Shown: positions 38,181 to 49,483, counted from the first letter of the stretch. The stretch is 64,000 nt of DNA from an uncultured Phycisphaerales bacterium (GCA_963758525.1 CAVWVQ010000003.1:1280001-1344000), one strand, 5' to 3'. Translations and numbers: made by a program. The notes: a model not told the origin generated them from the letters alone.

Positions 38181-39896
38181 TTAGTTTGGCCCCGGCGCGG
38201 GAGGCCCCTGTGCGGGCGGCTGCTCCGCTACGCGGTGGGCGTTGCCGGCGTGCGTCCAGATCTTCTGGATGGCGGGCAACTCGCTGGCCAGCACGAGCGT
38301 TTGCGTCTGCTTGTTTTCACTGCCCAGGTACTTGCGACGGCCGTCCGGACCGGGATCGGCGGCGAGGTAATGCAGAGTTGGCGGGCCGTCGAAACCGATG
38401 CGATCGGTGATAATTACCACCTTGTAAACGGTGCCGTCCAAATCCACTTCCTCTGGCGGCCCGACGTCAATGTAGCGCATCACCACTTCGCGCCGGTCAC
38501 CCACGAATGATGCGAAGGCATACTTCTTCCGCTCCCTGACATCGAACAATCGCGGCAAAAGATGGCCGATGGCGGCGGGAAGGTAGAACGGGGGAACTTC
38601 CTGGCTGATGGTCGGCAGATTGACCGAATCGGCATTTTGCGTGACGGTGAGCGTCGCACCGGCTTTGAGGCCGACGAGGTGTTGATCGCTGGTGCCAAGC
38701 TCTTCGCTGAAGGCATCTTTTTGTCGCGTGTCTTCGTGCTGCACGATCAGCCGCGACCAGTCTTCGTGTTTGCGGTCGGCGGTTACGAACATCCAGCTTT
38801 CGCTGTCAGTTTGAATCGGGCCGGTGGTTTTGTTCGACCGCAGTCCGCTCATCTGCAGCCGCGATTTGACGCCGACGAGAATGTCCTCCCCCGGCGTCAT
38901 CTTGGGCAACAGCAGCGGACGGCTCTTCTCATCGTCGCTGAGCCTCCCCTCGCGTGCTCGTTTGATCAGGTCTGCGTCCGGTTCGGGAAGCCCGCCGGCA
39001 AGCTGCTCCATGACATATGTGTAGCCGACGTCCTTCCCGTTCACCAAAATGCGAAACCATTGTTCGGGGATGATCGCCTTTCGAAGTTTTGAGGGGGTGA
39101 GGTTGGTCAGGAAGGCCCGCGTGGCATACAGCCGCTGCTCCTGCTCCTCTCGCACCTTGCTCGTGTCGATCAGATGCACGTTATCGAGCACCTTCTGGAA
39201 CATGTTGACGGCGCCGCGCTCCCGTGGATCCTCCGGGGCGTTGTCATCGGCGGATTTGCTGCCGGGTGTGGTGAATTCGATCAGGTAGTAGAGACGATCA
39301 TCTCCACGCACGATCGCCTGCTGGAGCAGTTGAGGAGTGCCGGCCACGGAGTATCGAGCGATGATCAAGCCGACGTTCGGCTTGGGCTTGCCGTCGTCCG
39401 GCGCGTCGGGGTCTGCCTGCCCGGGCAAATCAGCGCCGGCGATGTTGGTGACGTCATCGCGGAGAATCTTCGCCCCCGGAATGTTTTGCTGAAGGCTGTC
39501 GAGCGTCATCTCCAGCAAACCCTTGACCAGCCGGCCCAGATGCCGTTCGGTGGTGAGCGGGGTGGGATCCTGCAGGACGATCCGCCGCAGACTCAGCAGC
39601 CAGCTTCGCTGTTCGTCTCTCCATTGGGCGAGGTGCGCCTGATCCAGACGAACCAGAAGCTGCATTCCCGCCGGGGGACGGATGGAGATTCCGCCGACGG
39701 TACTCGTGAACGCCGGGGCGAGTTGCTCGCTGGGCGCGGTGGCGGGGCCATGGTCGGGTTGCACGCTGGAGAGCGGGTCGAGCAGCCCGGACGGCGGCGC
39801 AGCCTCATCGGCGCCGCGCGCGGAAACGATCATCGCAACGCTGAGGCCAATTTCAGCCAACAGGGCGCATTGCCCAAACCACGAAAACTTGCTCAT
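38181..39896 (-). CDS. Hypothetical exported protein
   Basis: Long ORF with a signal-like N-terminus and GAGG RBS; no family recognised. Confidence 0.75.
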   Translation of the reverse strand: MSKFSWFGQCALLAEIGLSVAMIVSARGADEAAPPSGLLDPLSSVQPDHGPATAPSEQLAPAFTSTVGGISIRPPAGMQLLVRLDQAHLAQWRDEQRSWLLSLRRIVLQDPTPLTTERHLGRLVKGLLEMTLDSLQQNIPGAKILRDDVTNIAGADLPGQADPDAPDDGKPKPNVGLIIARYSVAGTPQLLQQAIVRGDDRLYYLIEFTTPGSKSADDNAPEDPRERGAVNMFQKVLDNVHLIDTSKVREEQEQRLYATRAFLTNLTPSKLRKAIIPEQWFRILVNGKDVGYTYVMEQLAGGLPEPDADLIKRAREGRLSDDEKSRPLLLPKMTPGEDILVGVKSRLQMSGLRSNKTTGPIQTDSESWMFVTADRKHEDWSRLIVQHEDTRQKDAFSEELGTSDQHLVGLKAGATLTVTQNADSVNLPTISQEVPPFYLPAAIGHLLPRLFDVRERKKYAFASFVGDRREVVMRYIDVGPPEEVDLDGTVYKVVIITDRIGFDGPPTLHYLAADPGPDGRRKYLGSENKQTQTLVLASELPAIQKIWTHAGNAHRVAEQPPAQGPPAPGPN

Positions 39897-39984
39897 TGAT
39901 GTTCCTCACTGCTTGCTCCGACCGCCCGCATCATATCGGATTGACCGAAAAATCGCGGGATTTTTGTCGGAAAAACGACGAATT

Positions 39985-40611
39985 TCAGGCAGAGGATGCG
40001 ATCCTGCGTCTACCTGCCCGCCAGGGTGATTGCCTGGGCAATCTGGCGAAGAATGTCGTGATCGAGGGCGCAGGCGGGCCAGGTTCTGTCGCCGATACCA
40101 CTACCGCAAGCCTTTCCCCGCCAGGCAGCGGGGTAATCACGGCGGCGTAAAGGCCCGGAGCCGTTGTCGGTTGTGACGGATCTTCCTGGTCCTGCGGCTG
40201 TATCTCCGCGCTGACGCCGTCGCTGTTCAAGCCTGCAAAGCGGAACGGAGCCGGATGCAGCTCGACGTCGAGCAGATTATTGGACAGATAGTCTGCCGCA
40301 TTTACCGCAGGATCAACCAGCCGCTGCTGCGTCACTTGAATCACCCGCGCCGCACGCTCGCTGATGCCGTTTGGCTCCTGCCCCCGCACCACCAGCACAT
40401 CGCCCGACCGGAATACGGTGTACTGCCATCCGCGTGGAAGCCGAACCATCAGATCGCCAACGGGAATCGGCTGGCTGAGAGGAATATTGGAGTTCAGGCG
40501 CTTTTGATGAGCGACGAATCCCGCCAGCGTGAGCATCAGGCAGAGAATCGCCCACATCGCGACCTGCATCGCAACGCGCCGCTGCGGTGAGTATTCCCAG
40601 GAACGAGCCAT
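39985..40611 (-). CDS. Hypothetical membrane-anchored protein
   Basis: TM segment VAMWAILCLMLTLAGFVA, then a VRLPRGW-type globular region; co-oriented with the downstream gene. Confidence 0.65.
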   Translation of the reverse strand: MARSWEYSPQRRVAMQVAMWAILCLMLTLAGFVAHQKRLNSNIPLSQPIPVGDLMVRLPRGWQYTVFRSGDVLVVRGQEPNGISERAARVIQVTQQRLVDPAVNAADYLSNNLLDVELHPAPFRFAGLNSDGVSAEIQPQDQEDPSQPTTAPGLYAAVITPLPGGERLAVVVSATEPGPPAPSITTFFARLPRQSPWRAGRRRIASSA

Positions 40612-41026
40612 ACGGATGCTGGGGAATCTTATGCTCGGGTGATGAAGAATGCCCGTCGGGTACGGGGTGTGGACGCACGATCGCCTCTGCGCGCTACTCC
40701 CTCTCCCGGTAGCGCGGGAGAGGGGGTGGCGCGCAAACGCGATCACGCAACCGCGCCGGCCTGGGTCATTAAAGGTATCCGAGCTGAAGGGATTCTTCTT
40801 TCTCCGCGAAGGGCAAGCCACGGCGGCGCCAACCGGCGGGTTGGCACTGCAAGACTCCCAGAGCGTTAAAAGACTCCCCTTCCTTCCCTTCGTGCCTTCC
40901 CCGGTGCCTCCGTGCCTTCCCTTCGTGCGTTCGTGCCTCCGTGCCTTCGTCTGTTTCGACCCCTCCTTGCCTCGCATTCGCCGGGCGCTTACGATTCCCC
41001 CCTTTTGGCGGAAAGGAAACGCAACC

Positions 41027-42649
41027 ATGGCGCAGCAAATTCTCGTCGGCGACACGCTGGCGGCCGAAGGTCTGGAATATCTCAAGAGCACGGGGTTTGC
41101 CTTCGACAATAAGGTCGGCCTCAAGGAAGCCGAACTGGCTGCGATCGTGGGATCGTACGATGCGCTGATCGTGCGCAGCGGCGCGAAGGTCACCGCGAAG
41201 GTTCTGGAAAACCCCGGCAAGCTCAAGGCGATCGCCCGCGCGGGCGTCGGGGTCGATAATATCGATCTGGAAGCCGCCACCGCCAAGGGGATCCTGGTTC
41301 TGAACACCGCCGAGGCGTCAACGCTTTCCACCGCGGAGCACGCATTGGCGTTGATGATGAGCCTTGCCCGCAAGATTCCCCAGGCTCACGCCCATGTGCG
41401 GTCCGGGCAGTGGAAGCGCAATCAATATCAAGGCACGCAGTTGGCCGGAAAAACGCTGGGCGTGGTGGGGCTCGGTCGCATCGGTCGAACCGTCGCGGTG
41501 CGCGCGTTGGCAATGGAGATGAACGTCGTCGGGTTCGATCCGTTCTTCAGCGGCGAGAGTGCTCTGGACGGCAAAGTGAAGCTCGTCCGCGATTTCGATC
41601 AGTTCCTGGCGATGATCGATGTGATTACGTTCCACGTCCCCGGCGGCGAGCAGACCAGGCATCTGCTCAACCGCGACCGCCTGATGGGCGGAAAGTGCCG
41701 GGCGAATCTGCTGGTGGTCAACGACGCGCGCGGCGAAGTGGTCGATGAATTCGCCCTGGCCGAGGCGCTGAAGGAAAAGAAAATCGCCGGCGCCGCGATC
41801 GACGTCTATCAGACCGAGCCGCCGCAGAAGGATCATCCGCTCTTCGCGCTGGAAAACGTGGTGCTTACGCCGCACCTGGGCGCCAGCACGGAGGAGGCGC
41901 AGACTGCCGTCAGTGTCGAGGCTTGTCGGTCCATTGTCGCATATCTCAAGAGCGGTGAGATTCGCGGCGCGGTGAACGCGGGCGGCGTCAAGCTCGATCT
42001 GCCGCCGGACGAAGCGCCGTTTGCGAAGCTGGCGAGCCGGATCGGATCGCTGCTCGCGGGGCTGTGCGACGGCGGTTACAAGACCATTACGATTCGCGCC
42101 AGCGGAACCCGCGCACCCAAGCTGATGAACACGCTGTTGCGGCTCGCGACGGTGGAACTGCTCAAGCCGCACCTGGCAACTCCCGTCAACGTCATCAACG
42201 TCGAGCACGTTGCCCGCAGCCGGGGCATCGAACTGGTGCAGATCAACGAGCCTGCGCCGCCCGCCGGACTGGTGGGAGACATCGTGGGCATTCGCGTCGA
42301 CGGAGGCAACGGCGAGAGCCACCGCGTGCTCGGCACGGTCTACGCTGACGGCTTGCCGCGCGTTCTGCGGGTCGACGGTTACGCGATGGACATGATCCCC
42401 GAAGGGCACATGGTGCTGCTCATCAATAAGGATGAGCCGGGCGTCATCGGCGTGGTCGGCAGCAGCTTCGGCGATGCAAAGGTCAACATTGCCGACATGG
42501 TCATCAGCCGGCACTTCGCGGGCGATACCGCCACGGCCCTGATGATGATCAAAGTCGACAGCCAGCCTCCCGAGGCGCTGCTGACGAAGCTTCGCGAACG
42601 TCCGAATATCGTGCGCGTAAAATCAGTCGTGCTGCCGGGCCGCGCATAA
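41027..42649 (+). CDS. serA: D-3-phosphoglycerate dehydrogenase (long form with a C-terminal ACT domain)
   Basis: RAGVGVDNID, AEHALAL, GLGRIG, NDARG, TPHLGASTEEAQ, NKDEPGVIG; AAAGGA RBS. Confidence 0.96.
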   Translation: MAQQILVGDTLAAEGLEYLKSTGFAFDNKVGLKEAELAAIVGSYDALIVRSGAKVTAKVLENPGKLKAIARAGVGVDNIDLEAATAKGILVLNTAEASTLSTAEHALALMMSLARKIPQAHAHVRSGQWKRNQYQGTQLAGKTLGVVGLGRIGRTVAVRALAMEMNVVGFDPFFSGESALDGKVKLVRDFDQFLAMIDVITFHVPGGEQTRHLLNRDRLMGGKCRANLLVVNDARGEVVDEFALAEALKEKKIAGAAIDVYQTEPPQKDHPLFALENVVLTPHLGASTEEAQTAVSVEACRSIVAYLKSGEIRGAVNAGGVKLDLPPDEAPFAKLASRIGSLLAGLCDGGYKTITIRASGTRAPKLMNTLLRLATVELLKPHLATPVNVINVEHVARSRGIELVQINEPAPPAGLVGDIVGIRVDGGNGESHRVLGTVYADGLPRVLRVDGYAMDMIPEGHMVLLINKDEPGVIGVVGSSFGDAKVNIADMVISRHFAGDTATALMMIKVDSQPPEALLTKLRERPNIVRVKSVVLPGRA

Positions 42650-42684
42650 AGGCGCCCCGCCCGCATTTACTCCAGGCCTCCCCC

Positions 42685-42792
42685 GGTTAGCCGCGACGCG
42701 CAGCGGAGCGCGTATTCGTGCGGGATCGCGCGAGGGGTAAAATTGGGGCGTTTCTCGTTCAAATACGCGCTCCGCTGCGCGTCGCGGCTAAC
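42685..42792. repeat. TTAGCCGCGACGCGCAGCGGAGCG inverted doublet downstream of serA
   Basis: Same arms as 38058-38146 with a different spacer. Confidence 0.9.
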
Positions 42793-42878
42793 TACGGTTC
42801 TCGACCCCAATCCGAATCAGATCGCGTCTTGCTTCAAAAAAAAGCAGATCGGATCTGATTCGGATTTGCATTCGGGTC

Positions 42879-43079
42879 CTAATGTTTGTGATACTCGGTC
42901 AGCACCGGGACGGCATAGATCGCGACGGAGAAAAAGAACGCGAGCCAGCCGCTCCAGCGCGTGTGGCGATAGAGCATGAAGAGCACGAGCAGCAGAAAAA
43001 GGATCGCGCCAACGGTGGCTCCTCCGCCGGGTAGCGAGGGGTAGTGATACAGAAAATAACGGTGAAGAGATTCCGACAT
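42879..43079 (-). CDS. Small two-TM membrane protein
   Basis: AAGGAG RBS 6 nt before the ATG; two hydrophobic segments. Confidence 0.55.
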   Translation of the reverse strand: MSESLHRYFLYHYPSLPGGGATVGAILFLLLVLFMLYRHTRWSGWLAFFFSVAIYAVPVLTEYHKH

Positions 43080-43318
43080 ATTCGACTCCTTGTTTGGTGC
43101 TGAAATCTATCACCACTCCGCGGCGCGGCCGGGAGCGGGCGGAATCCTGATCCATTTTCGGCGCTCGGCGGCGCGCTTCTATGACGCCTGTTCCAGCCGC
43201 GCGGCTGCACCGCTGCCGGCAATCTGCCTCCGCGTCCGGGTCATGACGTTGCGTTGATGATTGGGTAATCTGGGTAAATCGACTTGCCCGTTTCCACACG
43301 ATCTCAGGAGCCGAGCCA

Positions 43319-43561
43319 ATGCCCAGCACCGACGAAGAATTGAAAAAAGCGCTTCGTATGTTCAAGAAGCGGATGAAACTCACTCAACTCGATGACGACT
43401 CCAAGATCGGCCACGGGCCGATGAGTTCGGGTTCCCGGGAGAAGGTCGTTTCGATCCAGCCGCCCGCGGGATTCGGACGCGAAATCTGGGAAGAGCTTGC
43501 GGAAAAGGGATACCTCAAACGCGACGGCATCGGTTTCTACGAATTCGTCAAAGACTTTTGA
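43319..43561 (+). CDS. Small hypothetical protein
   Basis: AGGAG RBS; ELKKALRMFKKRMKLTQLDDDSKIGHGPMS reads as a natural folded protein. Confidence 0.75.
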   Translation: MPSTDEELKKALRMFKKRMKLTQLDDDSKIGHGPMSSGSREKVVSIQPPAGFGREIWEELAEKGYLKRDGIGFYEFVKDF

Positions 43562-43598
43562 TGTTGTGATGTGCGAATTGCTCGTGCGGAGAAGATTC

Positions 43599-45578
43599 AT
43601 GCGTCATCGCGGCAGCGGCCTGGTCCGAATGTGTTGTCTGACATTATTGACCATTGCCTCATCGTCGCCGGCCGCTGACGAGGCGCCCAAGCCGCTGCTT
43701 CATCCGCTCTTCACCAGCGATATGGTTTTGCAGCGCGGCATCGAAGATCCCGTCTGGGGTTGGGCCGACGCCGGCGCCAGCGTGACCGTCTCCCTCAACG
43801 GCAAGACCGCCTCGGCCACCGCTGGCGCGGACGGAAAGTGGATCGCAAGGATCGGCCCATTCGACGCGGGCGGTCCGTACGAGATGACGGTTTCGGCAGG
43901 AGCGAGGGAGGAAAAGCTGTCCAACGTCCTCATCGGCGACGTCTGGCTCTGCTCCGGACAATCTAATATGGAGATGGGCATCGGCATCGCCAAAGAAGCG
44001 GAGCAGGAAATCGCCCGGGCGAATCATCCTCAATTGCGAATCTTCACTGTGCGGAAGACCATCGGGAGCAAACCGCTCGATTCGCTTCAGGGCGCCCTGC
44101 CGTGGCAGCCGTGTACGCCCAAGGCGATCGCGCAGGGCGGGTGGGGCGGCTTCTCCGCCGCCGCTTACTACTTCGGACGCGATCTGCAGAAGGAGCTGAA
44201 TGTGCCCATCGGGCTGATTCACAGCTCCTGGGGCGGGACCGTCTGTCAGGCCTGGACCAGCGCCGAAGCGCTCGACAAAAACATGCCCGATTTTCGCGGC
44301 GATGTTCTAGCCCAACGCGCACGCGCCTCGGTCGTTCTCAAGGGAACCCACGATGAACAGATGGCCGCGTGGTACGCGAAGTCCGATCCCGGCACCATCG
44401 CCGGCTGGGAGAAGCCCGACGCGAACGACTCGGACTGGAAGACGATGCAGCTGCCGACCTACTGGGAGCAGGCGAAGATCGGAATGGAGAACTTTGACGG
44501 CATCGTCTGGTTCCGCCGCGAGGTGACGATTCCGCAGGCCTGGGCCGGCAAGGAGCTGCGCCTGCATCTTGGACCGATCGACGACATCGACACCACGTGG
44601 GTCAACGGGACGCGCGTCGGCGGCATGAGCGAGTATACGCAAATGCGCGATTACGTCGTGCCCGCGCAGGCAACCCAAGGGGGGAAGCTTCTGATTGCCG
44701 TGCGCGTGCTCGACACCGGCGGCAACGGTGGACTCTGGGGAAAACCTCAGGACCTGCGCCTCGAAGGCGACGGCCAGCCGCCGATCGATCTGTCCGGCGA
44801 CTGGAAATACAACGCGAGCATGCCGCTCAACACCGCCGGCCCCGTTCCGGGGTTCCAGGAAAACAATCCGAATGTCGTCACCGTTCTGTTCAATGGGATG
44901 ATCAATCCACTGATTCCCTTTGGCATCAAGGGAGCGATCTGGTACCAGGGGGAATCAAACTCGGGCGCGGCGATGCAATACCGCCGGCTCCTGCCGACGA
45001 TGATCCGCGACTGGCGCTCTCGCTTCGGCGTCGGGGATTTCCCGTTCTTCATCGTGCAACTCGCCAACTTCAGGGACGCTGCCGACCAGCCCGCCGAATC
45101 CCAATGGGCCGAGCTGCGGGAAGCGCAGTCGCTGACAGCCGGGACCGTGGGCCACAGCGCCATCGCCAGCGCCATCGACATCGGTGACGCTCATGACATT
45201 CATCCCAAAAACAAGCAGGAAGTGGGCCGTCGCCTCGCCCTCGATGCGCTGGCAACGGTTTACGGCAGGGACATCGAATATTCCGGCCCGCAGTTCAAGA
45301 GCATGGAGAAAAAAGGCAACGCCATTGTCCTGCAATTCAGTCACGCCGCCGGCCTGGCCGCAAGAGACGGAGCGCTGAAGGGATTTGCGATCAGCGGCGA
45401 AGATCATCATTTCGTTTGGGCCGACGCGAAGATCGACGGGCAGAGCGTGATGGTGAGTTCCCCTCAGATCCAGGACCCGGCAGCGGTGCGATACGATTGG
45501 GCCGACAACCCCGACGGAAATTTGTATAACTCCGCCGGGCTTCCCGCGACGCCGTTCCGCACCGACTCTCCGCAATAG
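43599..45578 (+). CDS. Sialate O-acetylesterase family (SGNH) protein with an internal jelly-roll domain
   Basis: F.SDMVLQR, GDVWLCSGQSNME, SWGGT, WYQGESN, VQLANF, DIHPKNKQEVG. Confidence 0.93.
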   Translation: MRHRGSGLVRMCCLTLLTIASSSPAADEAPKPLLHPLFTSDMVLQRGIEDPVWGWADAGASVTVSLNGKTASATAGADGKWIARIGPFDAGGPYEMTVSAGAREEKLSNVLIGDVWLCSGQSNMEMGIGIAKEAEQEIARANHPQLRIFTVRKTIGSKPLDSLQGALPWQPCTPKAIAQGGWGGFSAAAYYFGRDLQKELNVPIGLIHSSWGGTVCQAWTSAEALDKNMPDFRGDVLAQRARASVVLKGTHDEQMAAWYAKSDPGTIAGWEKPDANDSDWKTMQLPTYWEQAKIGMENFDGIVWFRREVTIPQAWAGKELRLHLGPIDDIDTTWVNGTRVGGMSEYTQMRDYVVPAQATQGGKLLIAVRVLDTGGNGGLWGKPQDLRLEGDGQPPIDLSGDWKYNASMPLNTAGPVPGFQENNPNVVTVLFNGMINPLIPFGIKGAIWYQGESNSGAAMQYRRLLPTMIRDWRSRFGVGDFPFFIVQLANFRDAADQPAESQWAELREAQSLTAGTVGHSAIASAIDIGDAHDIHPKNKQEVGRRLALDALATVYGRDIEYSGPQFKSMEKKGNAIVLQFSHAAGLAARDGALKGFAISGEDHHFVWADAKIDGQSVMVSSPQIQDPAAVRYDWADNPDGNLYNSAGLPATPFRTDSPQ

Positions 45579-45579
45579 C

Positions 45580-46554
45580 ATGACTGCACCATCGCGCTAT
45601 CTCGTCACCGGCGGCGCGGGATTTATCGGCAGCCATCTTGTCGATCGGCTGCTCGCCGATGGGCACCAGGTGACGGTGTTCGACAATCTCTCGACCGGTC
45701 GGCGAAAGTTTCTTTCCAACGCAGCCGATCAATCGCGATTCAAGTTGATCGAGGGAGACCTGCTCGATGTCGGCGCGCTCACGACGGCCGTTGCCGGTCA
45801 GGATGCCGTCTTTCATCTCGCGGCCAACGCCGACGTGCGCTTCGGCGCTGATCATCCCCGCCGCGATCTGGAGCAGAACACCATCGCCACGCACAACGTC
45901 CTCGAAGCGATGCGCCAGACCGGAGTCAGGCAGATCGCCTTCGCTTCAACCGGCTCGGTCTACGGCGAGCACGATGTTTTCCCAACGCCGGAAAATGCCC
46001 CCTTCCCCGTACAAACTTCTCTTTATGCCGCGTCAAAACTGGCCGGCGAAGCGCTGATCGAAGCGTACTGCGCCGCCTTCGCAATGCGCGGGTTCATCTT
46101 CCGCTTCGTCTCCATTCTCGGCGAGCGGTATTCCCACGGCCACGTGTTCGACTTCATTCAACAGCTTTCAGCCGACCCGACGCGCATCACCATCCTGGGC
46201 GACGGCCGGCAGCGCAAAAGCTATCTCTACGTGCAGGATTGCATCAGCGCAATGCTCACGGCAGTGCAACGCGCGCCGGGGACGATCAATATTTTCAATC
46301 TCGGCACCGAGCAATACTGCACCGTCAACGACTCCCTCGGCTGGATCTGCCACCACCTCGGCGTGAACCCCGCCGTCACCTACACCGGCGGCACCCGCGG
46401 ATGGATCGGGGACAGTCCGTTCATCTTTCTCGACACGGCCCGGATCCGCGCACTTCAGTGGAAACCGACCCTGACGATTGAGCAGGCGATCCTCAAGACC
46501 GTCGACTATCTCCGCGACAACCAGTGGCTGTTCGCATCGCGCGGCAACGGATAA
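45580..46554 (+). CDS. NAD-dependent epimerase/dehydratase
   Basis: [30 protein letters not shown]. Confidence 0.95.
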   Translation: MTAPSRYLVTGGAGFIGSHLVDRLLADGHQVTVFDNLSTGRRKFLSNAADQSRFKLIEGDLLDVGALTTAVAGQDAVFHLAANADVRFGADHPRRDLEQNTIATHNVLEAMRQTGVRQIAFASTGSVYGEHDVFPTPENAPFPVQTSLYAASKLAGEALIEAYCAAFAMRGFIFRFVSILGERYSHGHVFDFIQQLSADPTRITILGDGRQRKSYLYVQDCISAMLTAVQRAPGTINIFNLGTEQYCTVNDSLGWICHHLGVNPAVTYTGGTRGWIGDSPFIFLDTARIRALQWKPTLTIEQAILKTVDYLRDNQWLFASRGNG

Positions 46555-46587
46555 AGCAAGGCCTGGCGCAGAGCAAGAAAACCCAGC

Positions 46588-46781
46588 TTCGCGTGCCCTC
46601 TCGCAGTACTCTGCACCGAGTTTCCCGCCCTGCCCCCAGTACTCTCGGAAAGAAGCCGCCTTCGCGCCCTCTCGCGCAGTGCTCTGCACCGAGTCTCCCG
46701 CCCTGCCCCCAGTACTCTCGGAAAGAAGCCGCCTTCGCGCCCTCTCGCGCAGTGCTCTGCACCGAGTCTCCCGCCCTGCCC
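46588..46781 (+). repeat. 73-bp tandem repeat (about 2.7 copies)
   Basis: ctgcaccgag recurs at 46611, 46684 and 46757. Confidence 0.9.
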
Positions 46782-46992
46782 CCTCTCCCAGTACTCTGGG
46801 AGAGGGTTGGGGTGAGGGTGATTTCGAGCACCAACGGCGTTCCACATTCCAAATTACCCTCACCCCGGCCCTCTCCCGGCGTACCGGGAGAGGCAAGGCG
46901 GTTTGTCGTCGCAGCTAAGCGTTACATCCTCAGAGCGAGCGTGAACGCCAGTAAGCTGGAAGCCTGCACCGCAATTTGATAAGCAGAGCCGC

Positions 46993-48056
46993 ATGTCCGA
47001 TCCGCTGCAGAACAAAACCGCGCTGGTGACGGGAGCCTCCCGCGGCCTGGGGTTGGAAATCGCCCGCTCCCTGATAGCAGCCGGCGCAAACGTCGCGCTG
47101 TGCGCCGCGCATGCGTTCGCCGCGCCTCAACGGCAGCGCTCCGCAAGCGCCAACCTTCTTTCCCCTCCCCTGGTACTCCGGGGGAGGGTCAGGGTGGGGG
47201 CTCAGCTGGAAAGATGCATACGGGCACGAACCTCCGCGACAGCCCCCCCCCACCCCAACCCTCCCCCGGAGTACCAGGGGAGGGGGAAAGCGCCGGCCCG
47301 CAATCCTCGCCCAACGTCTCGGGCGGACCGCCGCCCGGTGCGACCCCGATCACCCCTCGTGTCGCCGACGCCTCTGATCCTGGCGCCACAAAAATCACCA
47401 CGCACGTCGCCGATCTTTCTGATCCGCGCACTCCGCGGCGATTGATCGATGAGGTGATCGCTGCTCACGGCCGCCTCGACATCCTGATCAACAATGCGGC
47501 GGTGCAGGGTCCGATCGGTCCGTTCGAATCGATCGATCTCGAGCAATGGAGCGATGTCTTTGCGGTGAATTTCTTCGCCGCCGCGCGTCTCATTCAAATG
47601 GCGGTTCCCTTCATGCGAGCGGGCGGCGGAAAGATCATCAACCTCTCCGGCGGCGGCGCCGCCTCGCCGCGCCCGCACGTCTTGGCATACGGAGCCTCCA
47701 AATGCGCGCTGGTGCGGCTCACGGAAACGCTCGCGATTGAGCTGAAGCACTGTCGCATTGACGTCAACGCCGTCGCCCCCGGCCCGATGAACACGCGCAT
47801 GCTCGACGAAGTGCTCGCCGCCGGCCCCGGCGGCGCGCCGCTGGAGTTTGAATCCGCGCGCCAACGCAAACAGACCGGCGGCGCGTCTCCCGAGAAAGCC
47901 GCCGATCTGGTGCTGTTTCTCTCCTCGCCCGCCAGCGACGGCATCACCGGCCGCCTGATCAGCGCCGTCTGGGACGACTGGAAATCGCTGCGAGCCCAGG
48001 ATCTGGAAGGAACCGACCTCCTGACTCTCCGCCGCGTGACCGGCATCACCAAATGA
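46993..48056 (+). CDS. SDR-family oxidoreductase with an internal REP-doublet insertion; frameshift near 47110
   Basis: ALVTGASRGLG at the N-terminus; LINNAA, INLSGGG, YGASK, NAVAPG and ITGRLISA in the second frame. Confidence 0.85.
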
Positions 48057-48102
48057 CCTTGCGCAAACGCGCGTCGTTCATCTCCAACGTCCGCGCGAAT
48101 CC

Positions 48103-48227
48103 GTGAAGAGGAATACGAATCTGCACGAATGGGCACGAATCCTCACGAATCGGCCCGAAGTAATTTCGAATTTACTTCGTGAAGATTCGTGCAAAATTCG
48201 TGTCCATTCGTGTTCTGCATCTCTCGG
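48103..48227. repeat. Inverted CACGAAT / ATTCGTG arrays (copy 2)
   Basis: Shares its layout and the GAAGAGG(G)AA...TTCGTGAAGATTCGTGC...ATTCGTGTTCTGCAT.TCTCGG landmarks with 2849-2966. Confidence 0.8.
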
Positions 48228-48499
48228 TCACTCCGGACCGGGAGATCGCACAAGAGCCGTTCGCAGTTCAAGTTTTTGTGTCTTTCCCCGCGGTGTAGCC
48301 GCCGAGCTTGCTCGCGCGCATTTGTTCGCCCCTCGGGAAAACCGCGAGCGAGCTCGGGGCTTCACGGGATCAGCACGGGAAGAACCCAACCCCATCGTGC
48401 CAAAAGCCCGGGCACACCGCACGGTGGCGCCCGCCCTGCACCGCCACTTTCTCATTTCGCCCCCTTCCCGTATCCTGAAGTTTTAACACCGGAGCCATT

Positions 48500-49478
48500 A
48501 TGTGGGGCAACCAACGCGGCTGGATTTTCGCGGCCATCATCGCGGTCGGCATGGGCGCTTTGCTCACTTTTGCGGTCATTCCGCCGGGGATGACCGCGCC
48601 CACCAGAACCCTCACGCTCGCGATGAAGCCGGCCGATTTCTCCATCGATCCAAATGCCATTGTTCCGCCGCCGACCGGCGACAGCGATGCCGGTCCGATC
48701 TATCGTCAGGCCGGCGACGAGTGGAGCAACCACAGCGACATCTACGAGGAGATGCAGAAAAACATCACCACGGCGAGCAACAATCTTCCCGCGCCGGTGA
48801 CCGACATTCTTTCCGCCAGCGACTATGGAAAGATGGATCTCTTCGCCACTCATCTTGATGACGTGATCGGCTACCGCGATCGGCCCACTTTGCTGGGGCT
48901 GTATACCGCCGGGCAATTGCTCAATTCGCTGGCGCTGCTCCATACCAAGGGCAAATACACCAACCTCAAGAAGGCGTCACAATACGCCACCGCCGAGTTC
49001 AACCTGGGCCGGCACCTGTATCAGGAACGGATCGTCTTCGATGAATGGATCGACGGATTGAGCCTGATGTCGAATGCCGCCATGGTGCTCGCGCTTGCGG
49101 AGAAGAATCCGTCCAGGGTTCAAACTGACAAGGAGTTCGGTTTTGCCGTCGATGATTTCGTGAAGAACCAGGCGACCAAGCTCTGGAGCGTGATCGGCGG
49201 GATGTCTGAAGAGGACAAAGTCAAATACGCCGGCGATATGTTCCTGATCGCGCGGGAAAGCCCCGAGAGGATGTGGCGTGTGGAAGCGACGTTGAAGCTC
49301 GGCAAATTCAAGTTCAACGCACCGACCAAGGGCGATCAGATCGGCGCCGAGCGCAGTGCTGCGCCAGATGGCGTCGGCAACGTCGCTTTCGCCCGACCCG
49401 CTGACCCAATCGACGGTTCACGCGGCGGCGCTCTCGGCGGCAAATCTGACGATCGAGGACTATCGGCTCATCAAGTAA
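48500..49478 (+). CDS. Hypothetical membrane-anchored helical protein; apparent frameshift near 49355
   Basis: N-terminal TM helix; the natural C-terminus VLRQMASA...LTIEDYRLIK ends at TAA 49478 in another frame. Confidence 0.65.
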
Positions 49479-49483
49479 AACGC

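Noticed and set aside
40649..41026. N-terminal extension of SerA (likewise the long upstream extensions of thiS, purU and the ferredoxin in the ORF track)
   Set aside because: Read-through of repeat-rich intergenic DNA. The conserved domains start at downstream start codons, most with an RBS.
46588..46781. CRISPR array
   Set aside because: Whole units repeat with no unique spacers, and there are no cas genes in the window.
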